Source: the human T2T-CHM13v2.0 reference genome, Homo sapiens
Assembly (NCBI RefSeq): GCF_009914755.1
Contig: NC_060931.1
Direction: 5' to 3' (one strand)
DNA: 64,000 nt
The notes below the pieces were generated by a model. The model worked only from the letters and a program-made list of their open reading frames with translations. It made no database searches and was not told where the DNA came from. Below are positions 56,232-64,000 of the stretch, in pieces. How positions within the stretch are numbered: position 1 is the stretch's first letter; each line of letters starts with the position of its first letter. A program made the translations under genes and the position numbers.

Positions 56232-59200
56232 GGGTGCTATGGAATTCCTGCACTGAGTAGTTTGACCTCTATAATTGTACTGCCAACTCTGTAGGACTCA
56301 GATTCTTTTTGACTTAGTCTAGTGGGGAGTAAAATCAAGAGAGATGAGTCTAAATAAAGTTAAAATGCCTTCAACATAAGACTTCTAGACTCAGCTTCCT
56401 GGTTGTACACACTTTCTTTTTCTTCCCCTGATGGTGATTCTTCAAACCACCTTGAATATCCTCTCCCTTTCAATTTCTTTTTCTTCTTTCTTATCAAAAC
56501 TAAGATAGATCTGACAATCAGACAAAATGGACACACATAATAGATTTTCAAATAGGTGAAAGGTTATCATGTAGAAAAGAAATGAGGCTATTATCATTAT
56601 TAAATAGATCATGTAGTAGGGAAACATTATCGTGTGATTTAAGCAACATCAAGGACAATATATGCATCAACATCATTCATTAGCTGCTATTGATTAGCTA
56701 CATAGTGTGAGCAAGTCACTTACTAGTCCTTGGATTCTGTTTCTTATCTGTGAAATAGGACTCACAATTTCTAACTCAAAAGGTTTTCTCAGTTCTATAA
56801 AAGATGATTAAACAAAAATATTTTGTCAGGTGCTATACAAATAAAAATTATCATTGTTAGTATATTATTACTACAATTTATTTACATCTTAATTCAAAAT
56901 GGTGTTTATTCTATGATTATAACAAGAGTGGAACAAGAAGAATGAGATGCACATCCCTACTTCCTTATCACCCACTGACAGCTTCTATGTGAATATGATT
57001 CAAACCAAAACAATGCAATCCTGTCCTTCCCATTCCTCACATAAAAGTAATAACAAAACTGCAAACAGGTGTTTTTCTTCTTTTGCCCATATCCTCAGCA
57101 TTTTAGTAGGGACTTATTATATCAAGGGTACCCAGAGCCTTGCTAGCCTTTCCCTCAGCATGGTTCTGTGCTGTAAGAGATAAATAAATTTTTGAAAATT
57201 AAAACATCTTAAAATACCTCACATTGTGTTTTCCCTTGTATTAATCCTACTTTAAAAAAAAAAAGCCATTCCTTTCACCATTAAGGATAAGGCATAAGGT
57301 TCATTGTCCTAGAAAAAGAGAGAGAGTGGTAAGAGTCTAGAACAAACAGGCTTCTCATTGTAGCTCAGAGTTTAAATATTTGAGTTCACAGTCAGGGAAT
57401 ACTCTTGAAAATCAGGCTTTGTTTAGAAAGTAAAGAATGTTCTAACCCAAAGCCAATCTTTACATAACAAGGTTGGAGATCTGAATATAAAAATTCCCTA
57501 TAAGATATAGGCAGAGAACATTCAGCAGATCACATATGCTCATATGTGCCTGAAGCTCTTATCTGCCTACAGGCTTGGGATGCACAATTGGGAAGAAGGG
57601 TGTTGGGGGTGAGGAGGGGGAATGTGCAGGAACTGGGGAAAGAAGTTCAGATAAGACAAGTCCAGGGTAAGGAAGCAGCAGGCACCTGGAAAGGGGATCA
57701 ATCCAGTAGTTGATAGAAGTTCTGACACAAACTCCAAATAAGTTGAGAACAAACCTGAGAACAATTGAATGGGTGCTCCACTTCACACCTTGGGGAACAG
57801 TAGAACAGCAAGAGCAGATAAACAAGTCCCGTCACATGGAGCAGGGTAGTCCTACATCTTCTGCCTGTCTCCTGAGGAACAAGAAATGATACAGAATTGC
57901 CCATGTATGGGAGAAGGCAGATAGCATGAGCTTACCTGGGGAGTCTGGATAAGGAGAAAGTTAATTTACATACAGCACAAAGCTTTGGGATCAACTTCCC
58001 ATGTCAGGGATTGAATGAGAGTCACAGCTATATCTTTGGGCAAGTTCTACTAAGCCAGAAATAGTGAACCAGATGGTGGAGGTGACTTGATCAGATAACA
58101 GAGGTGACCAAGTTCCCCAGAGCAATCTCCTCACCATGTCAAGGCCAAGAGAACAGACCACAAATTGTACCACCTAAAGACACATTAAAAGTGGCAGCAG
58201 TATGGAGTCCTCAACCATGGCCCCAGTGAACTGCATGTTACACAGTTATGTGTCATCAAAAGACTGATATGCCTTTATATTATCAGAGTGAGATTTGATG
58301 CCAAAACATCCAAGCCAAGTTCTGTGGGAGTCGCAGATAGAGACAAAGCACAAAGCAAATTGTTCCCCCTCAGCCTTGCCGTGGGTTTTGTAAGAGGCAG
58401 GAGAAGAGAATATGTGAAAGAATGAGCTTAACAAAAGAGACCATTTTAAAACAGAAGAGCATGAGCTACTTAACTGACAATTTTATATCTATTCCACAAT
58501 CCCCACTGGTAAAGACGGGGGTTTGTAAGCAAAATGATTTCAAAATAAAGAAAATAAACTGGTTACTTTGTTACTTTTTTTTCTTGCACATCTGAATGGT
58601 AATGCACATATTTTCACCTCCCATCGCCAATCCTAGGCATTTGCTCTTGGGAAAGGTACCTTAGATCATAAGTCAGCTAATAAAGAGAATGGCAGACCCA
58701 TGTTCTCATAGTGAAAGGATTAAAAAGAAAGCCCTGCAAGGAGGATCTACGTTCACTGTTTCTTAGAGGGCTGAAGAAGAGCATCAACGTCCACCAGTTC
58801 GAATCCCAGAATCTCAGACTCAGGTGGATCCAAGGAGTGATGATCCTTCCTGTGAAAAGCAGTAGAGGTTTTGCAAGGGAAGATAGTAGAGTATTGAATG
58901 GAGAATGTTCAGGAATGGAATGTTTGGAGCTGGAGGGCACACAGGGGTTTAAAGGTGAGGACTGGCTGCGCATCTTTGGAAGGTGGAATGGGAGTCATCC
59001 ATGACGTCCCGTTCTTAGGAAGCCCTACGTTATTTTGGTTCCTTAACTTGTGAGATTTGAGGAAAACTCCAGGTTAACTAGGACTTTAATATGGTCCCTT
59101 TTAACCTTGTAATTCCTTTCTAAAATTTCTCTCATCCTAAAATAAAGAGGTCACATATTTTTAGAAAATCAGGTGTGATGCCTTTGTGGAGGATGAAGGA

Positions 59201-61473
59201 TGAAAGTAGACAAGAGGTCTCATGGATCCAATGGAAAAAAGTATGTAATAATATTGGGGCAACCACACCTCAGAATAGGTGAATGGATGAATAGAAATGC
59301 CAGAGCATGACCCACAGAGAAACTGGTAATGGAGGGAGATCCTGGAATCTGGAAAATATCCCAGAAAAAATATGTGGATGAGACATTTTACAACCAAACC
59401 TTCCTCCAACCCTCACAGGTTACTGAAGGAACAGAACAGAGCTTGTAAACTGCAAGCTACATAGTTATGTGTCTTCAAAATACTAATGTTGTTTGTATTA
59501 TAAGTGGGATTATGAGTCATTTTGTTTCTTCTGTTTTCTAGAGTTCATGTAGACACATGCTTTCCATCCAATAAATATTTATCAACATTTACAATACACC
59601 AGGCATTCTTCATCAGTGAGTAAAAGAGGCAAAAATAAACCCCTGCCTGTACTCTAAAGAAATACAATGTAAAAGCAGACAAAAGCAACTATTAATATTT
59701 TTAGCTCAGTGGTCAAATATGCCTCTCTCATGTGTGCACAAATGCATGCACGCAGAGGCACGCACACATGCACACAAACAGAGTGTCTTTCCCGGTTTTC
59801 TTAATTTCAACCTGTTTATTTCCCCAGTCTCCCCACTTATTTCTAATTCTTCATTTCACTCATAGGTTTATTAGAATTTCTCAGAGTTCTTTGAGCTAAA
59901 AAGCTCAGTAATTATAAGTCATCTGTTGTGCCCCGAAACCTTTATTAAATTTTATTTAGACAAAATTATAGAAAACAATTCAGTATGCTTCAATTAAAAT
60001 TAGCCAAACTATTTTCTCATACACACTGCATTCCTACTGCCTCAACACACATATACACAACCACATACACCAGTAATATTAAAAGTTAAAAAGTAATTTG
60101 CAATTCAAGTATGTTTGTTGAAATAATTACTACAGTTGTATATGAATGTTCAGTGAGGTAAGAGGAAATTGTTTATTACTGAATAATGAAAAAATATTAC
60201 GCTTGTCCATTGGGTGGCAGCAAAACTCTTCCATACTGTTAAATTCTCAAAGCCTTTGTCTTCAGTGTCTTCATGCTAAATTTGATAGATTATACTACAC
60301 ACAGAGGAAAATCCTCAATTCTTCCCTTTCAGGAAGGGGCTGCAGAAGCAGTGAGATTAGTGCTGCATTGAGTTTAAAGTCTTACTGGGTATAGAAGAAA
60401 TTATCTTTTGAATTTAAAAAACAACAAATTTTATTATTTTATTCTTCAATTCAATCCAAAAGATTCGTGTCAATTACGTGTCAGTACTATGCTGGAAACT
60501 TTCTATTTTCATGAAGTTGGCTCCAGCGGGTAGAACTCTACACGAAAAAATAAACATCTGCAACATCAAAAACACCCGGCTTCAATCTCCATCTTCCCTC
60601 TCAACACCCTCCTATCATCTGAGCAAACACTCCTTCTTTCCAAAAAGTTACTACTTGATTGGAAACTTAAGCTAGAAAATCACCATAACACAGCATCAAA
60701 ATTACTGTTTATCTAAAATTGTATAAGTAAAGCAAGGATATCCACTCCATCCCTAAGGTCAGAATTTTTAAATCCACAAACAAATATTTACTTAACCTGC
60801 CTGCTCCACAGGGGCCTTTGACCCTCCCTCCTTTGCTCCCAGAACAAAGAGAGAAAAGAGCAATACAAGTGAAAGGAAGAGAATTAACAGTTGAGTGTCA
60901 AGAGATGCTGACTGAAATGAACAGAACAGGGCAAGTATGTTAAAGTGCTTCCCAGGTTTTTTCATACGGCATACATCGAACATGCTATTTGTTTTGATAC
61001 TTTGAGGTAAATGAATGATACCCTTAGATCTGGAAGTGACCAGCCTAGAGTATCTGGCTGTTCTGGGCCTGGAGACCCTGAAGGCCAAAGAGACAAAGGT
61101 ATCTGTCCATCTGTTCCACACACATGGCACAACCTCTATGCCCCAGCTCACCTACATGGACATTAGGGTTACATGGGGAACTAAGAGGGCTTTAAAATCA
61201 CTATTCTCAAGAAGGTCCATAAACTCATCAGTTTAGAGAATCTTCTTCCTCCCATTTTTATTTTATACATTTTATGCTTACAAAATGTACATTTTGGGAC
61301 AATGTGCCCCTGTGGCTTCCCCAGCTTATCCACATATCCCTCTCCCCACATACTATTCATGTGTTGTCACCCACCAGTTACAGAATCATGGAAGGTGATT
61401 TACTTTATATTCACTATGTTTGGGGGAATCTTCTTTGGAACCATTTTGTGCTGGGTCATTGTTTTTAAAATTT

Positions 61474-62710
61474 TTAATTTAATTTCAAGTTCCAGGATAC
61501 ATGTGCAGGATGTGCATGTTTGTTACATAGGTCAACTTGTGCACCAAACATGGTGGTTTGCTGCACCCATCAACCCATCACCTAGGTATTAAACCCCACG
61601 TGCATTAGCTATTTATGCTGATACTCTCCTTTCCCCAACCCTCCCCCAAGAGGTCCCTGTGTATGTTGTTCCCTCCCCGTGTCCATGTGTTCTCATAGTT
61701 GAGCTCCCACTTGTAAGTGATAACATGTGGTGTTTGGTTTTCTTTCCCTGTCTTAGTTTGCTGAGGATAATGGCTTCTAGCTCCATTCATGTTCCTGCAA
61801 AGGACATAATCTCATTCCTTTTTATAGCTGCATAGTATTCCAAGGTATATATGTACCACATTTTCTTTATTCAGTCTATTATTGATGGGCCTTTGGGTTG
61901 ATTCCATGTGTTTGCTATTGTATATAGTGCTGCACTAAACATACACATGCATGTATTTTTATAACAGAACGTTTTATATTCCTTTGGATATATACCCAGT
62001 AATGGGACTGCTGAGTCAAATGGTATTTCTGGTTCCAGATCTTTGAGGAATCGCCACACTGTCCTCCACAATGGTTGAAATAATTTACATTCCCATCAGC
62101 AGTGTAAAAGTGTTCCTATTTCTCCACAGCCTCGCCAGCATCTGTAGTTTCTCCACTTTTTAATAATCACCATTCTGACTGGTGTGAGATGGTATCTCAT
62201 TGTGGTTTTGATTTGCATTTCTCTAATGATCAGTAATGTTGATCTTTTTCTCATATGTTTGTTGGCCACATAAATGTCTTCTTTTGAGAAGTGTCTGTTC
62301 ATGTCCTTTGCCCATTTTTTGATGGGGTTGCTTTTTTCTTGAAAATTTGTTAAAGTTCCTTGTAGATTCCGGATATTAAACCTTTGTCAGAAAGACAGAT
62401 TGCAAAAATTTTCTCCCATTCACTCACGTCTGTTCACTCTGATGATAGTTTCTTTTGCTGTACAGAAGTGCTTTAGTTTAACTAGACTCCATTTGTCAAT
62501 TTTTGCATTTGTTGCAATTGCTTTTGATGTTTTTGTCATGTAATATTTACCCTTGCCTATGTCCTGAATAGTATTGCCTAGATTTTCTTCTAGAGTTTTT
62601 ATAGTTTTGGGTTTTACATTTAAGTCTTTAATCCATCCTGGCCTAATTTTTGTATAATGTATAAGGAAGGGGTCCAGTTTCAATTTTGTGCCTATGGCTA
62701 GCCAGTTTTG
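61474..62710 (-). mobile_element. 5'-truncated L1PA (L1PA8-10-like): ORF2 C-terminus and 3' UTR
   Basis: Track ORFs 61871..62071, 62096..62302 and 62420..62728 are frameshifted L1 ORF2p C-terminal pieces (KLDPFL…[20 protein letters not shown]; [10 protein letters not shown]…HLTPVRM…[10 protein letters not shown]). Confidence 0.95.
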
Positions 62711-62790
62711 CTCACTAGCCATAGGCACATAGGCCCTTTTTTTTAAACTTTGATATGCATAAACCTATCATGGTAACCTTGAATCAATAA

Positions 62791-62981
<191 letters not shown>

Positions 62982-64000
62982 TAGTTCTTCCATTTAGGTT
63001 AGTGACCCATTTAGAGTTAAGTCATAAGAAAACACTCCAAAAGATATTTATTGTGCCAAGATGATAAAAATATGGGGATTTATTTTTTCTTCTTTTCCAA
63101 AACTTAAGTAATGTACACATATTAATTTTTAAAGAAAACAAAAATTCAAAGTAAATTTTAAAATAAGATTGTAAAGCATATTTTTATAGCTAGACAAATA
63201 TTCAAAATTTTATATGCCCTTTCTGCTTTTTATGTAACATCTTCTCTGTTCTTCAGTGTCTCATACTTCCTATTTGAAACAAGAGCCATCATTGCAAAGC
63301 ACTGCACCCCTGTAGGATATTGGTGTTTTATGACATTTCTAGGCTCCTATGGTTTTTCCAGCTCTTGATCCAAGGCCCTTATGAAGCCCAATAACACCGC
63401 TTATCCTTAAGCCCCACGGTATTCCCTGTAATCTCTATTATTTCCTCATGTTTACAGCAAACTAACTTCAGCAGCTTCAGTTGCTTGGCATGAAAAGTTT
63501 CCTGACCAAGACAGAGAACAAAAATCTCTAGTGATGAAAAACCATCAATTTGCTGCTACTGTATGAAGGGCTCAAAAGACACAGCAGAGAAACCTGTCAT
63601 GTCCTAAAGAGGTGGTTAAGAAAGTCATCACCAAAAGCCATTGCAGCTGCATCCTTGATTTGAGTTATAGAAGGATAAATCAGTTAGCATTTTAGTCATG
63701 AGGACAGCTAATTCTGGAAATTGTCTGTGAGAAACTTCACCCCTCTTTTCTTCTACGAGTAGCCACTTAGTTTATGCCTTTAAAGCAAAACATATGCCTT
63801 AAAGGTCAGAGAGATAAGTAATACTCTTCAAGTACCAAAGTTAATCAGAACAATTCAGTATTCAAATGCTCGTATTTACTTACATTTTCAAATAGATGTT
63901 ATTATTCTCAGTTTATAGGTGAGGGCACTGAAGCTCAGAAAACTATTTTGCTTGAGATCTCAAACCTATTAAGTGTGAATACTAAAATAAAGCCCTAGGA

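Noticed and set aside
56360-56627. Lys/Glu-rich minus-strand ORFs (…DKKEEKEIERERIFKVV)
   Set aside because: A purine-rich strand naturally lacks stops, the acceptor has a weak pyrimidine tract, and there is no identifiable homology.
61871-62728. L1 ORF2 C-terminal ORFs as an active retroelement
   Set aside because: The element is 5'-truncated (~1.2 kb) and frameshifted, with no endonuclease or RT core.

Overview
Primate (human-like) AT-rich, essentially non-coding genomic DNA. It is dominated by interspersed repeats: Alu J/S/Y, L1PA/L1M/HAL1, L2, L3, MIR, MaLR/ERVL LTRs and DNA-transposon relics. I found no prokaryotic-type genes, rRNA, tRNA or CRISPR array, and no protein-coding gene I can name. 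Almost all track ORFs are chance ORFs or repeat relics. A few repeat-free stretches carry plausible minus-strand exon signals (about 1.0-1.8 kb, 22.2-22.4 kb, 46.8-46.9 kb), so the window may lie in the 3' part of a large minus-strand gene (inference). The main discovery is a rearrangement scar at 13.66-16.79 kb. A ~670-bp segment (X) and a ~90-bp segment (C) are each duplicated in inverted orientation, in the order X-C'-spacer-X'-filler-C, which is the footprint of a ~1-kb inversion made by staggered breaks or template switching. A 5'-inverted (twin-primed-like) AluS predates the event and an AluYd-like insertion postdates it. The arms contain two ~90-bp perfectly identical tracts. Other points: a fold-back hairpin at an L1 5' truncation junction, and candidate CTCF/RFX sites. 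Repeat subfamily calls come from recalled consensus features, not from a search.
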